A stretch of DNA of 64,000 nt from an uncultured Hormoscilla sp. (GTDB lineage Bacteria > Cyanobacteriota > Cyanobacteriia > Cyanobacteriales > Desertifilaceae). How positions within the stretch are numbered: the first letter of the stretch is position 1; the number at the start of each line of letters is the position of its first letter. The DNA lies in assembly GCA_963921275.4 (NCBI GenBank), contig OZ001293.3, positions 3,520,001-3,584,000 of the forward strand. The letters are read 5' to 3'. Positions 10,672 through 22,211 of this stretch are shown piece by piece. The notes under the pieces were generated by a model, which ran no database searches, had not been told where the DNA came from, and saw only the letters and a list, made by a program, of their open reading frames with translations. A program made the position numbers and the translations under genes.

Positions 10672-12891
10672 TTAACCGAACTTCCCAGACGTCGAGGCAA
10701 TTAGGAATGCCGCGTAGGTGATCACGTTGCCCGCTGTGAAGTGAACCAGACCGACCAAGCGAGCTTGGACGATGGACAGAGCAACTGGCTTGTCCTTCCA
10801 GCGAACCAGGTTCGCCAGAGGAGTGCGCTCATGTGCCCAGACCAGAGTTTCGATCAATTCTTGCCAGTAACCGCGCCAGCTGATCAGGAACATGAAACTA
10901 GTAGCCCACACCAAGTGTCCCAACAGGAACATCCAGGCCCAGACAGACAGATTGTTCGTTCCATAGGGGTTGTACCCGTTAATCAGCTGAGAGGAATTCA
11001 GCCAGAGGTAATCGCGGAACCAGCCCATCAGGTAAGTAGAAGACTCATTGAACTGAGCCACATTACCTTGCCAGACAGCTAGATGCTTCCAGTGCCAGTA
11101 GAATGTTAACCAAGCTACCGTGTTTAGCATCCAGAACATAGCCAGGTAGAACGCATCCCAAGCAGAAATGTCGCAGGTGCCGCCCCGGCCAGGACCGTCA
11201 CAAGGGAAGCTGTAACCGAAGTCCTTCTTATCGGGCATCAGCTTGGAGCCACGAGCATCCAGCGCACCCTTGACCAAAATCAGGACAGTTGTGTGCAGAC
11301 CCAAGGCGATCGCGTGGTGAACCAGAAAATCGCCAGGGCCAATGGTTAAGAACAGAGAGTTAGCACCGCTGTTGATGGCGTCGAGCCAGCCTGGTAGCCA
11401 TATGCCATTGGCCGCTGAAGTCGCTATCCCGTCAGGATTAGACAACAGCACATCAAAGCCATACAGAGCTTTACCGGAAGCCGCTTGAATCCACTGAGCA
11501 AACACCGGCTCAATCAGGATTTGCTTCTCTGGAGTACCGAAAGCTACGACCACATCGTTGTGAACGTACAGACCGAGAGTGTGGAAGCCCAGGAACAAGG
11601 ACACCCAGCTCAAGTGAGAGATCAACGCCTCCTTGTGCTCTAGCATCCGGGCCAACACATTATTCTTGTTAGCTTCCGGATCGTAATCCCGCACAAAGAA
11701 GATCGCACCGTGAGCAAAGGCCCCCACCATAATGAAGCACGCAATGTACTGGTGGTGGGTGTACAGCGCTGCCATCGTGGTTTCGTCCTGAGCCAGGAAG
11801 GCGTAGGGCGGCAGCGCATACATATGCTGGGCTACCAAGGAGGTCACCACACCCAGGCAAGCTAGTGCTAGACCCAGCTGGAAGTGCAGGGAATTGTTGA
11901 TCGTGTCGTACAGCCCCTTGTGACCTTCACCCAACATACCGCCAAAGGGCGTGCCCTTGGGGGGATTGTGGGCGCTCAGGATCTCCTTGATGCTGTGACC
12001 AATACCCCAGTTGGTGCGGTACATGTGACCCGCCACGATGAAGATCACTGCGATCGCCAGGTGGTGATGGGCCATATCCGTCAGCCACAGGGACTCGGTC
12101 TGGGGATGGAAACCACCCATGAAGGTCAGAATCGCCGTACCTGCCCCTTCTGCTGTCCCGAACACATGCTGAGCCGTATCTGGGTTCTGGGCATATACTC
12201 CCCAGTTCCCCGTAAAGAACGGAGCCAATCCTGCTGGGTGCGGCATAGTAGTCAGGAAGTTATCCCAACCCACATGCTGTCCCCGAGATTCGGGAATCGC
12301 CACATGCACCAGGTGACCAGTCCAAGCCAGAGAACTGACCCCGAACAGACCCGCCAGGTGATGATTAAGACGAGACTCAGCATTCTTGAACCAAGACAAG
12401 CTGGGACGGAACTTCGGCTGCAAGTGCAGCCAGCCTGCGAACAGCATCACCGACGCCAGCACCAAGAGGAAGATTGCCCCTTGATATAAATCGCCGTTCG
12501 TCCGCATACCGATGGTGTACCACCAGTGGTATACACCTGAGTAACAAATATTTACCGGATTAGAAGCACCAGCTTGATTGAACGCATCTACTGCTGGTTG
12601 TCCAAATTGAGGGTCCCAAATCGCGTGGGCGATCGGACGTATATTTAGCGGATCTTGAATCCACTGTTCAAAGTTACCTTGCCAGGCTACATGGAACAGG
12701 TTGCCCGAGGTCCAGAGGAATATGATCGCCAGGTGACCGAAGTGGGAGGCAAAAATCTTTTGGTAAAGATTTTCCTCCGTCATGCCATCGTGGGTTTCAA
12801 AATCGTGAGCCGTCGCTATCCCGTACCAAATCCGACGAGTTGTCGGGTCCTGAGCGAGGTCTTGGCTAAACTTAGGAAATTTTGTTGCCAT
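10672..12891 (-). CDS. psaB: Photosystem I P700 apoprotein A2
   Basis: [42 protein letters not shown]. Confidence 0.99.
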   Translation of the reverse strand: MATKFPKFSQDLAQDPTTRRIWYGIATAHDFETHDGMTEENLYQKIFASHFGHLAIIFLWTSGNLFHVAWQGNFEQWIQDPLNIRPIAHAIWDPQFGQPAVDAFNQAGASNPVNICYSGVYHWWYTIGMRTNGDLYQGAIFLLVLASVMLFAGWLHLQPKFRPSLSWFKNAESRLNHHLAGLFGVSSLAWTGHLVHVAIPESRGQHVGWDNFLTTMPHPAGLAPFFTGNWGVYAQNPDTAQHVFGTAEGAGTAILTFMGGFHPQTESLWLTDMAHHHLAIAVIFIVAGHMYRTNWGIGHSIKEILSAHNPPKGTPFGGMLGEGHKGLYDTINNSLHFQLGLALACLGVVTSLVAQHMYALPPYAFLAQDETTMAALYTHHQYIACFIMVGAFAHGAIFFVRDYDPEANKNNVLARMLEHKEALISHLSWVSLFLGFHTLGLYVHNDVVVAFGTPEKQILIEPVFAQWIQAASGKALYGFDVLLSNPDGIATSAANGIWLPGWLDAINSGANSLFLTIGPGDFLVHHAIALGLHTTVLILVKGALDARGSKLMPDKKDFGYSFPCDGPGRGGTCDISAWDAFYLAMFWMLNTVAWLTFYWHWKHLAVWQGNVAQFNESSTYLMGWFRDYLWLNSSQLINGYNPYGTNNLSVWAWMFLLGHLVWATSFMFLISWRGYWQELIETLVWAHERTPLANLVRWKDKPVALSIVQARLVGLVHFTAGNVITYAAFLIASTSGKFG

Positions 12892-12910
12892 GTTTAAGTC
12901 CTTCTCGCTC

Positions 12911-15160
12911 TCATCCTACAGAAATGATTCGAGCCAGGAAGAATGCCCATGTTGTGACAATTCCTCCCAGGAGGTAGTGAGCTACCCCCACAGCCCGACC
13001 CTGAGTGATACTCAATGCTCGGGGCTGAATCGCTGGAGCTACCTTTAGTTTATTATGAGCCCAAACAATCGACTCAATCAATTCTTGCCAGTAGCCACGG
13101 CCACTGAACAGGAACATCAGGCTAAAGGCAAAAACAAAGTGACCCGCTAGGAACATGATGCCGTAAGCCGACAACGCTGAACCGTAAGAATTGATCACCT
13201 GGGACGCCTGAGCCCACAGGAAGTCGCGCAACCAGCCGTTGATCGTGATGGCACTTTCAGCAAAGTTGCCATCGGTAATGTGATACACCGTACCATCTGG
13301 ATCCAACGTACCCCACACATCTGACTGCATTTTCCAGCTGAAGTGGAAAATCACCACTGAGATACAGTTGTACATCCAGAACAGACCTAGAAACACGTGG
13401 TCCCAAGCCGACACTTGGCAGGTGCCGCCACGTCCCGGACCATCACAGGGGAACCGGAAGCCCAGGTTTGCCTTATCGGGAACCAAGCGAGAACTGCGGG
13501 CGTATAGCACACCCTTGAGCAGAATCAACACTGTCACATGAATCGTGAAGGCATGGATATGGTGAACCATGAAGTCTGCCGTACCCAGAGCTATTGGCAT
13601 CATTGCCACCTTGCCCCCTACAGCCACCACATCACCGCCAAAAGCTGGGCTTACGCTTGCTAGAGCATGGGGGGCTGTGGTGCCCGGAGCCAAATTGTGC
13701 AGATTTTGTACCCATTGGGCAAATATCGGCTGTAGCTGAATTGCCGTATCCGAGAACATATCTTGGGTACGACCCAGCGCCCGCATCGTGTCATTGTGGA
13801 CATATAGACCAAAGCTATGGAAGCCCAACCATATGCAGACCCAGTTCAGGTGCGAGATGATCGCATCCCTGTGCCTGATCGCCCGATCTAGTAGGTTGTT
13901 CACATTTTTAGCTGGATCGTAATCGCGCACCATGAATATGGCAGCATGTGCCCCAGCACCCACAATCAGGAATCCCCCAATCCACATGTGATGAGTGAAC
14001 AGCGATAGCTGAGTCGGATAGTCTGTAGCGATGTAGGGATAGGGAGGCATCGCGTACATGTGATGGGCCACTATAATGCTCAGAGAACCCATCATTGCCA
14101 AGTTAACCGCCAACTGAGCATGCCAAGATGTTGTGAGGATTTCGTACAGACCCTTATGACCTTCACCTGTGAACGGTCCTTTGTGAGCCTCCAGAATTTC
14201 CTTCATGCTGTGGCCAATGCCCCAGTTTGTCCGGTACATGTGGCCTGCTATGATGAACAGCACCGCCAATGCCAGGTGATGGTGCGCTGTATCCGACAAC
14301 CACAGGCCACCTGTAGTGGGGTTCAACCCACCCTTGAATGTTAGGAAGTCTGAGTACACTCCCCAGTTCAAGGTAAAGAATGGGGCTATGCCCTTGGCAA
14401 AACTCGGATACAAATCTGCCATCAAGCTGGAGTTGGTCAGGAACTCATGAGGCAGCGGAATATCTTTTGGTGCCACCCCAGCATCCAGCATCTTGTTTAT
14501 TGGCAGAGAAACATGTATCTGGTGACCTGCCCAGGACAAACAACCCAGACCCAATAATACTGACAAGTGGTGGTTCATCATCGACTCCGCATTCTGGAAC
14601 CATTCCAGTTTGGGAGCTGCTTTGTGATAGTGGAACCAACCAGCAAACAGCATCAGACCAGCCATCACTAGAGCACCTATTGCTGTGGCCAGTAGCTGGG
14701 TCGAATTTATGAAGCCTGAAGCACGCCACAACTGGAATAGGCCAGATGTAATCTGAATGCCTTGGAAGCCACCGCCTACATCAGCATTCAAAATACCTTG
14801 ACCTACCACTGGCCATACCACTTGAGCACTGGGCTTGATGCCAGTGGGGTCGGTCAACCATGCTTCGTAATTGGAAAACTTAGCGCCATGGAAATAAGCG
14901 CCACTTAGCCAGACAAAAACCACGGCTAGGTGACCGAAGTGAGCGCTAAATATTTTGCGAGATACATCTTCTAAGTCACTGGTGTGACTGTCAAAATCGT
15001 GAGCGTCGGCATGTAGGTTCCAAATCCAGGTTGTGGTTTTGGGACCCCGAGCTAAGCTGCGGTCAAAGTGTCCTGGTTTTCCCCACTTCTCGAATGAAGT
15101 TGGCACCGGATCCTTATCAACTGCAACCTTTGCCTCTTGCCCTTTTGGGGTTGTCGTCAT
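12911..15160 (-). CDS. psaA: Photosystem I P700 apoprotein A1
   Basis: [25 protein letters not shown]; start MTTTPK at 15160 with GAGGAG RBS. Confidence 0.99.
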   Translation of the reverse strand: MTTTPKGQEAKVAVDKDPVPTSFEKWGKPGHFDRSLARGPKTTTWIWNLHADAHDFDSHTSDLEDVSRKIFSAHFGHLAVVFVWLSGAYFHGAKFSNYEAWLTDPTGIKPSAQVVWPVVGQGILNADVGGGFQGIQITSGLFQLWRASGFINSTQLLATAIGALVMAGLMLFAGWFHYHKAAPKLEWFQNAESMMNHHLSVLLGLGCLSWAGHQIHVSLPINKMLDAGVAPKDIPLPHEFLTNSSLMADLYPSFAKGIAPFFTLNWGVYSDFLTFKGGLNPTTGGLWLSDTAHHHLALAVLFIIAGHMYRTNWGIGHSMKEILEAHKGPFTGEGHKGLYEILTTSWHAQLAVNLAMMGSLSIIVAHHMYAMPPYPYIATDYPTQLSLFTHHMWIGGFLIVGAGAHAAIFMVRDYDPAKNVNNLLDRAIRHRDAIISHLNWVCIWLGFHSFGLYVHNDTMRALGRTQDMFSDTAIQLQPIFAQWVQNLHNLAPGTTAPHALASVSPAFGGDVVAVGGKVAMMPIALGTADFMVHHIHAFTIHVTVLILLKGVLYARSSRLVPDKANLGFRFPCDGPGRGGTCQVSAWDHVFLGLFWMYNCISVVIFHFSWKMQSDVWGTLDPDGTVYHITDGNFAESAITINGWLRDFLWAQASQVINSYGSALSAYGIMFLAGHFVFAFSLMFLFSGRGYWQELIESIVWAHNKLKVAPAIQPRALSITQGRAVGVAHYLLGGIVTTWAFFLARIISVG

Positions 15161-15302
15161 TGAGACTCTCCTCTCGTTCGACAAGCTTCGACAAGCAACG
15201 TTTTTTGAGAAAGCACGAGAACTTCTAATTCCCTCGGTTATTTACTGATGTTATCACTGCATCAGCTCTCAAGTAGCTTTTCCTGCTTTTCTTTTTCCCG
15301 AA

Positions 15303-15480
15303 GTGTCTCCTGGGAGCGCGGTTGAGCACTACCCAGGAGACACCGCCCAGACATTTTTTCTTACGCCTGAGGTGCTGGAGTCCCACCTACAGATGGGAGT
15401 GCATTGCTTGCTTCCCACCACATATCTGTTGACTCCGAAAGCCAGGTTCACCACCAGAGGGCTGTTAGCGGACCTAGCAT
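15303..15480 (-). ncRNA. Structured psaA leader, candidate psaA RNA motif
   Basis: 12-bp stem GTGTCTCCTGGG/CCCAGGAGACAC at 15303-15343 plus small hairpins including a UUCG-containing loop; not tested with a covariance model. Confidence 0.35.
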
Positions 15481-15842
15481 GAACCGTCAAATCATGCTAT
15501 CAAACTTTGCCAAAAATATCAAAAATTTCCCAAAATTCCAGGGAATCTCAGAAAATGTCAAGGTTTTTGACCTCTGTCGTTAGCCCTTGCTACACCAACT
15601 CGCATCTGGTGTGGATGAGTCAGTCATGGTAACGCTTTGGTTGTCTGGTTGGTATGATTTTCCCCAGGCTGTCCGCCAGCTTACCGCTAACTCTCTCATC
15701 TTGTTTTTCGGTGCTTGTGAAGCATACTACCATATCGGCAAAGTTCCTTTGCAATCTCTTTCCACTTCTTTTTTATTATACACAATATAGATATATGTCT
15801 ATCGCATATTTCCCAGCTGCCGCAGAGGCTATAGGCTATACC

Positions 15843-15999
15843 ATAAAGCCCGACATCAAGGTACTGCACTGTGTTAAGAAATGTAAACTATCTTCAATAG
15901 GCACAGCTGCGCTGTGTTAAGAAATGTAAACAATAAAGCCCGACATTAAGGTACTGCACTGTGTTAAGAAATGTAAACTATCCTCAATAGGCACAGCTG
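15843..15999 (-). promoter_or_regulatory. 90-bp-period duplication carrying three HLR1-like (RpaB) sites upstream of psaA
   Basis: GTTTACATTTCTTAACA (minus strand) at 15872-15888, 15915-15931, 15962-15978. Confidence 0.6.
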
Positions 16000-16059
16000 A
16001 TAGGGTTTGAGGAAACTTTACAAAAGTTCATAGTGGTGACAAAAACTTCCATCTAACTA

Positions 16060-16988
16060 GGGCGTGTCATCAATTAAGCCATATTACAGCTGCCGCGAGG
16101 TAGATGGCACCCAAGAAATTGCGAGCGGTTTTATCGTAGCGTGTCGCCAGAGCCCTGTATTGCTTGAGTTTTTGGAATAGATATTCAATTAGATGCCGCC
16201 ACTTGTACATTTCTTCATCGTCTTCTCTGTGTTCTGTGCGGTTACTTTTTGGAGGAATGACAGCCATCCAATCCGCCTCTTTCAGGCGCTCGAGCACACG
16301 TTGTTCCGCATCATAGGCTTTATCTGCAAGCAGCGCGCCAATCTCACCGATTTTATCCAATAGCACGTCAGCGCCTTTCCCGTCGTGGGCTTGGCCAGGG
16401 GTAAGCCTTTCCCGTCGTGGGCTTGGCCAGGGGTAAGATGAAATCCTGTGGGATTGCCTTGGGCAATCGCAAGTGGCATGAATCTTTGTCGATAGTCCCC
16501 CTTTACTACGGCCTATGGCTTGGGTTTCGCACGTATCTGAGGGTGTTTTTTTTTGCACCCGCACGCTCGTTGATGGGCACGCAGGATGGTGGCATCAATC
16601 GCGGCGTATTCGTTATCGGCGTCTGAGGCCAAGACATCGAATACCTGCTTCCAAACTCCCTTTTCAGACCAACGGGTATGGCGGGTATGAACAACCCGAA
16701 AATCCCCAAAACACTCCGGTAAATCCTGCCAGGGAATGCCAGCACGATATCGATATAACACGGCAGAACACGAATAATCTCTTGTTCTTGGCTGTAGCGC
16801 CTGGGTCACCCTCTTTACCAGGTAAAAGGTGTTCGATCGCGTAGCGTGCGCGCAGCGCAATCCGTTCCCACTGGTCGTCTCGCAAACCATAGCGTCTCAT
16901 ATCATGCCCTCTTGATTGTTATTGCTGGATAAGGACTCCATACCGTATCCATCTACTTCTGTCAAGCAATTTGATTGATGACACACCC
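16060..16988 (-). mobile_element. IS5-family (IS427-like, two-ORF) element, defective copy 1
   Basis: TIRs GGGYGTGTCATCAA, TA flanks; [27 protein letters not shown]9 run at orfA/orfB junction. Confidence 0.92.
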
Positions 16989-17085
16989 TAATTAGTGACT
17001 GGGGTTCTAAGTCAGTAGTTATGCTTTGAAAGGGATCGACTTGAGAAGAATGGAGAAGAACGTGTCATGGCGAGGGGGGCCCTTC

Positions 17086-17142
17086 CAGTATCACTTGACA
17101 TAGCGTGATCTAAAATATTATCACGCTGGTCAAGTGATACTG
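17086..17142. repeat. 57-bp palindromic mini-element (second copy 51467-51523)
   Basis: CAGTATCACTTGAC-ATAGCGTGAT...ATCACGC-nn-GTCAAGTGATACTG. Confidence 0.9.
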
Positions 17143-17560
17143 CCCCGAGATTGCCTCAACTCCACGCCAGACTCCCCCGTTAGCCCCAGCGCGTTAGATA
17201 GGAGATTGCTTCGCTAGCGCTGCACTAACGGGGGGGAGTATCTCATTGAGCACAAATATCTCTCAATTATCCCCCCCTCGCAATAACATTCTTTACGGCC
17301 CCAAAAAAGCGCAGTTCCTGACCGTTCGCAGTATAGCAGTCAGTAGTCAGTAGACGGTCTGCCCGAAATGACCACAGATAAAGGGTTTAAGCTAGTTTAA
17401 CAAAAATTAACACAGTGACCAAAACTTGTGGGAGACGACTTAATCGGAAAATCAAGTCAGTACATGATATGAAGAAAAAAGTCAAGAGAGTGAAGTAATG
17501 GTTCTCTGAAGCTCCCTTACCTGGGAAAATTATTCTTAGGCTATGGTTTGTAAGTAGGTA

Positions 17561-19423
17561 TTGGAGTATAAAGGAGTGTTTGGCATAAATTGGCGGTGGA
17601 CTAGGGTACTCAAATTGTTTAGGTCCCTGATGGTAGTGATTCTAGTTTTGGGGGTGACCAGTTGTGGCGATCGCCCAGAACCCCCCCCTAGTTATAGTGG
17701 TAGGTATCCTGTCTGGCAGACCCAGCCAACAAACATTGAGGAGGTTGGGACTCCTCGGGTGATTCAAGATCTGCGGCAGCTATTGGAGGTTTACCAGCCC
17801 CAGGTAACTATTTTGAGTCCCCAGCCAGATGAACTATTCAACGACAGCACCGTTACCGTTGATATAGCAGTGGAGGATCTGCCGTTGTTCAAAGATCCGC
17901 AGCTGGGACTGGGGCCCCATCTGGAAGTCATCCTTGATAACCAGCCCTATACAAAAATTTACGATCTTAAAGTTCCCTTAGTTTTGACAGATTTACCTCC
18001 GGGAACCCACAGCCTGCGGGTTTTTGCGGACCGGCCCTGGGACGAGAGCTTCAAAAATGAGGGAGCCTACGCTCAAACTACCTTTCACATCTTTACTAAA
18101 ACAGAGGACAACAACCCCGATCGGGCATTGCCTCTGTTAACTTACAACAGTCCAGATGGCAGCTATGGATCGGAACCTATTCTGCTGGACTTCTATCTGA
18201 GTGATGCCCCTCTACATCTGGTAGCTCAGGAATATCCAGACGACGATATCCTAGATTGGCGGATTCGCTGCACTATCAACGGCGAAAGCTTCTATCTAGA
18301 CCAGTGGCAGCCTATCTATCTCAAAGGCTTTAAGCCTGGAAAAAACTGGGTGCAATTAGAATTTATTGATGAACTGGGTAGGGCCGTTAAGAACGAGTTC
18401 AACAATACAGTGAGACTGATTACCTACGAACCCAATGGCCAAGACACCCAATCTCGGTTGCTACGGGGAGAACTGGCAGCAGCAGCCCAAGCTATTGTAG
18501 ACCCTAACTATACTCCCTCCTCTACCCCGGAAGAAGCACCAGCTCCACCCGAAGTCCTGATTTCCGAACCAGAAACGATATCAGAGACGGAAGCGATTGC
18601 AGTCCCAGAGGCTCAACCTTCTGAGGCTGCCCAACTAGAAACTACCTCCCCAGAGCTGTCGATAGAGGCCCCAGCTACAGAATCAGAATCCCAGAATATC
18701 TCTGAAGAAACTACCACCCCTACTGAGGCGACACCATTAGTCGAGCCAGAATCTGCACCTGAACTGGTATTAGAAACGCTGAAATCTGGGGGATTGTTTG
18801 AAGGATTGTTGAGCCGCTTCCGGCGGACAGCACCGTCGGAACTTTCTCCCGCCCCGACTATCTCCGATGATGCATCCCCAGAGGTGATTTCACCATCAGC
18901 CTCAGAACCGGCATCTGAAGTAACACCGACATCAGAAACACCGAAATCTGGCGGATTTTTACAAGGATTGTTGAGCCGCTTTCGGCGGACAACACCATCG
19001 GAACTTTCTCCCGCCCCGACTATCTCCGATGATGCATCCCCAGAAGTGATTTCACCATCGTCGGTTGAAGAACAGACAACTGCTTCCGAAGAGAGACTGG
19101 CCACAGAAGAACGGACAACTGCTTCCGAAAAGACGCCCACTACAGAGGTGACACCATCAGTGGATTCTGAGCAGGCACCAGTTCTAGAGCCGACTTGGCA
19201 GGAGGCCGAAACGCTCGCACCGCCTGCTTCTAAGACGCCCGCCACGGAAGTCAAACCATCGGTGGATTCTGAGCAGGCGCCAGTTAATGAACCGTTTCCG
19301 ACAGCAACTGATGCACCTGCCATAGAGATGACACCATCAGTTGAGCTTGAGCAGACACCGGTTCGAGAGCAGATATCCTCTGAGTCTGAAACAAATGCCA
19401 CAGAAGTAAAAGCTTTGCCTTAG
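17561..19423 (+). CDS. Conserved cyanobacterial hypothetical lipoprotein with Pro/Glu/Ser/Thr-rich tail
   Basis: Lipobox VTSC; GPHLEVILDNQPY, PWDESFKNEGAYAQ; internal repeat with 162-bp period (18773-18897, 18935-19059). Confidence 0.75.
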   Translation: MEYKGVFGINWRWTRVLKLFRSLMVVILVLGVTSCGDRPEPPPSYSGRYPVWQTQPTNIEEVGTPRVIQDLRQLLEVYQPQVTILSPQPDELFNDSTVTVDIAVEDLPLFKDPQLGLGPHLEVILDNQPYTKIYDLKVPLVLTDLPPGTHSLRVFADRPWDESFKNEGAYAQTTFHIFTKTEDNNPDRALPLLTYNSPDGSYGSEPILLDFYLSDAPLHLVAQEYPDDDILDWRIRCTINGESFYLDQWQPIYLKGFKPGKNWVQLEFIDELGRAVKNEFNNTVRLITYEPNGQDTQSRLLRGELAAAAQAIVDPNYTPSSTPEEAPAPPEVLISEPETISETEAIAVPEAQPSEAAQLETTSPELSIEAPATESESQNISEETTTPTEATPLVEPESAPELVLETLKSGGLFEGLLSRFRRTAPSELSPAPTISDDASPEVISPSASEPASEVTPTSETPKSGGFLQGLLSRFRRTTPSELSPAPTISDDASPEVISPSSVEEQTTASEERLATEERTTASEKTPTTEVTPSVDSEQAPVLEPTWQEAETLAPPASKTPATEVKPSVDSEQAPVNEPFPTATDAPAIEMTPSVELEQTPVREQISSESETNATEVKALP

Positions 19424-19679
19424 AAGCTGTTGTCAAAAGCTTATAGTGCAGCATGGCGAAAATTTTTGACTACTCTGCCGCAGGCGCGGTGGGAGATATA
19501 GAACTGATTTCAAGCGCTGGTAACTGATCGCCGATCGCTGAGCGCTGACACTAGGTGGGTTACGGCGCCCAAAAAGCTAATCATCATCCAATAGGTCGAT
19601 AATTCTGCGCCTAACCCACCCTACTATATACTTTTCAAACCTTGGCTTGATTTATTGTTTATTGTTCATTATTCATACT

Positions 19680-20408
19680 TTATATTTCTAAACTACTCAG
19701 CACCTGTAGCAGTTTGTCTACATTATCCAAATCACCTACAATTCGGCGTATTGGTCGGGGCCATACTTTGACTAGGGTAGGTGTGGCTGAAACCTGATCT
19801 GCCTCTGCTTGCTCGGGATATTTGATAACATCGATCACTTTTAGGGTGTAAGGATGTCTCAGAGACTGCTCTAAAATTTCGTGTAAACTCAAGAGTGTAC
19901 GCTCGGTGGCAACATTGTTACCAGAAACAAACAGCCGCATTACATATCCTGGCGTTTCTGGTCTCGTCGGCATGTCAGAAGTAGTCTTTTCCCAGTGAGT
20001 ACCTGTCTTTTCCCAATGCACTATTAAGTCATGCTCTTCCCAGAGTTGGGGAAACAGAGTCCGATAGGTTGCCAATACTCTCGGATCGCACAACCCCTCT
20101 TGCCAAGATGCTGCTTGCCACTCTATATTACCTGTGTGAAAAACTGCATTCAGCAATGCTTGATACCGCAAAACTGGCGGATATGCTTCCGCAACAGATC
20201 TCACTTGCTGCGTTTGGGGGTCTAACCATCGATCGATCGTTGCTGTGTATCCTGGCACCAAAAAGTGGGGGGGTTCTGGCAAACCTAGCATTTCTTGCAG
20301 TGCGGCACAGAGATCTAAATGCCATCGACTTTGCTTGTTTTTGTCGATGCAATAAATTAAATCCCCCCCTGGTGTAAATAGGGCAATTCCCTTGAAGATT
20401 TCTGCCAA
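19680..20408 (-). CDS. KaiB-domain-containing protein (long form)
   Basis: C-terminal KaiB fold YVMRLFVSG...LKVIDV...ATPTLVK...RRIVGDL. Confidence 0.85.
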   Translation of the reverse strand: MAEIFKGIALFTPGGDLIYCIDKNKQSRWHLDLCAALQEMLGLPEPPHFLVPGYTATIDRWLDPQTQQVRSVAEAYPPVLRYQALLNAVFHTGNIEWQAASWQEGLCDPRVLATYRTLFPQLWEEHDLIVHWEKTGTHWEKTTSDMPTRPETPGYVMRLFVSGNNVATERTLLSLHEILEQSLRHPYTLKVIDVIKYPEQAEADQVSATPTLVKVWPRPIRRIVGDLDNVDKLLQVLSSLEI

Positions 20409-20544
20409 TTTTGGTTGGTGCCTTTCTACTGTTAATTGCTAATTATTGATGGTTAATTGAGAATTGAGAATTGCCCAGACCTCATTCGCCATTTTCTATT
20501 TTCTATTAGCCATTAGCCATTCTCTAGATCCGACCTCTGATGAA

Positions 20545-21879
20545 CTACGCCATTTCATTGGGAGTTGGGGATTTTTCTAGAGCTGTTTCTTCGGTAATCC
20601 GACCTTCAAGATAAAGGTTGTACAATGCTTTGTTCATGGTTATCATGCCGTCAAAGTCCGATCGCAGCATGATTTGAGTAATTTCCTCTAACTGACCCTT
20701 GACAACGTATTCTTTAACTGCGTCAGTGGCGATCAGGATGTCGTGGAAGGCTGCACGCTTGCCGTCTGTGGTCTTGCACAAACCTTGAGCTACGATCGCC
20801 ACCAAAGATTCCGATAGAGCAACTCGGAAAGCTAGCTGTTCTTCTGGTTTGAACATCCTCATAACTCGCTCGATAGTTTTTACAGCGCCATTGGTGTGCA
20901 GAGTTCCCATCACCAAGTGACCAGTAGAAGCAGCTTTCAGAGCGATATTCATCGTCACTTGGTCTCGAATTTCCCCGACTAGCATCAGATCCGAATCTTC
21001 CCGCAAAGCCGCCTTGAAAGCATTCTTAAATTCTAGAGTATGCCTACCGACCTCCCGGTGCTTGATCAGGGATTTTTGACTCCTATGGACAAACTCCACC
21101 GGATCCTCAATAGTAATAATGTGATAAGCCATATTCCGATTAATGTAATCAATCATCGCCGCCATCGTGGTGGACTTACCCGAACCAGTTGGTCCCGTGA
21201 CCAAGATCAGTCCTTTGTGGTAATGGCAGATGTTTTTGAAGACATCTGGAGCCTTGAGCTGTTCTAGGGAGAGGATCTTGGATGGAATGAGTCGCAACAC
21301 CATCGCTGGACCGGCGAGGGAGTCGAACACGTTGATCCGAATGCGTACAAAGCCAAAGTCATAGGCACCGTCAAAGTCTAGGTGGTTCTGAAATTGGCGG
21401 ATTTCCTCGTCGGTCATGCATTCGTGCATCCAGCTGATGAAGGTATTTAGGTCTGTGACTGGACACTCTAGGGTGGTGATGTCACCACGTTTGCGGTAGC
21501 GGGGTGTTTCATTGACTCCCAGGTGAATGTCAGAGACTCCCTCGTCATTCGCTCTGCTGACTAGCTCTTCTAGAGTGGGGTTTCCCTCGGAGGGGCTTGG
21601 ACCTTTAGGGGCTGCTGGTGCGACAGGTTGCGCCCCTGGTTGTGCTGCTTTTGTTTTTGGTGGTGGACTTGGGGGTGCTTTTGTCTGAGCAGCACCTGAT
21701 GCTGCTGGCATTGGCATCGTTTTTGGTTGCCGCGAAGGCATTTGCATAGTTTGATCTGCAATATTTTTCGTATTGGGGTTGGCCCGCGCTTTGGGTGGGG
21801 CGGTGCGGGGAGGTACGCGGGGTGGAGCTGGTGAATCTGGCGGACGAAAAGTTGGTGGGCGTTGTTGTGATTGTGTCAT
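20545..21879 (-). CDS. pilT: Type IV pilus ATPase PilT2 (Pro-rich N-terminus), probably 7 aa short at the C-terminus
   Basis: GPTGSGKST, TIEDPVE, VGEIRD, TLHT; TAG at 20545 followed in frame by FIRGRI-stop. Confidence 0.9.
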   Translation of the reverse strand: MTQSQQRPPTFRPPDSPAPPRVPPRTAPPKARANPNTKNIADQTMQMPSRQPKTMPMPAASGAAQTKAPPSPPPKTKAAQPGAQPVAPAAPKGPSPSEGNPTLEELVSRANDEGVSDIHLGVNETPRYRKRGDITTLECPVTDLNTFISWMHECMTDEEIRQFQNHLDFDGAYDFGFVRIRINVFDSLAGPAMVLRLIPSKILSLEQLKAPDVFKNICHYHKGLILVTGPTGSGKSTTMAAMIDYINRNMAYHIITIEDPVEFVHRSQKSLIKHREVGRHTLEFKNAFKAALREDSDLMLVGEIRDQVTMNIALKAASTGHLVMGTLHTNGAVKTIERVMRMFKPEEQLAFRVALSESLVAIVAQGLCKTTDGKRAAFHDILIATDAVKEYVVKGQLEEITQIMLRSDFDGMITMNKALYNLYLEGRITEETALEKSPTPNEMA

Positions 21880-22211
21880 GGCAACTGTTGAATAATAATG
21901 AGCAATCTATGTCTCCTATGCATCTGCGGCTAAAGCATCAGCCAAGTAGCAAGCGTGAAATCGGGTATAAGAGTGCCGCTATCTTACAGAGATCGATACT
22001 TTGACTAGAGTTACCCGGTTTCGGTGCCGACTATCGCTCCCAGTTTAGATCTCTTTGCCAAGGCTAGCATAGCTCTGGGCTACCCTTGCCGGTATATTTT
22101 AGGATTCCCAAATATGGTTGCGATCGATCGGTTTTGGGCAAAATTTGCTTGCGGTGCTAGCCGCATGACTTAGGATGAATCTATGTTTCCCACTTTGGAC
22201 TGTTCAATTCC

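Noticed and set aside
9632..15160. Far-red (FaRLiP) PSI cluster
   Set aside because: PsaA, PsaI and PsaL do not look like the far-red paralogues as I recall them; no rfpABC, chlF or far-red apc/psb genes nearby.
18613..19401. 262-aa antisense ORF (likewise 11884-12489, 25928-26488, 60320-61138)
   Set aside because: Shadow frames of real genes with no recognisable motifs.
19680..20408. Core clock gene kaiB
   Set aside because: 242 aa with an extra N-terminal region; no kaiA or kaiC adjacent.
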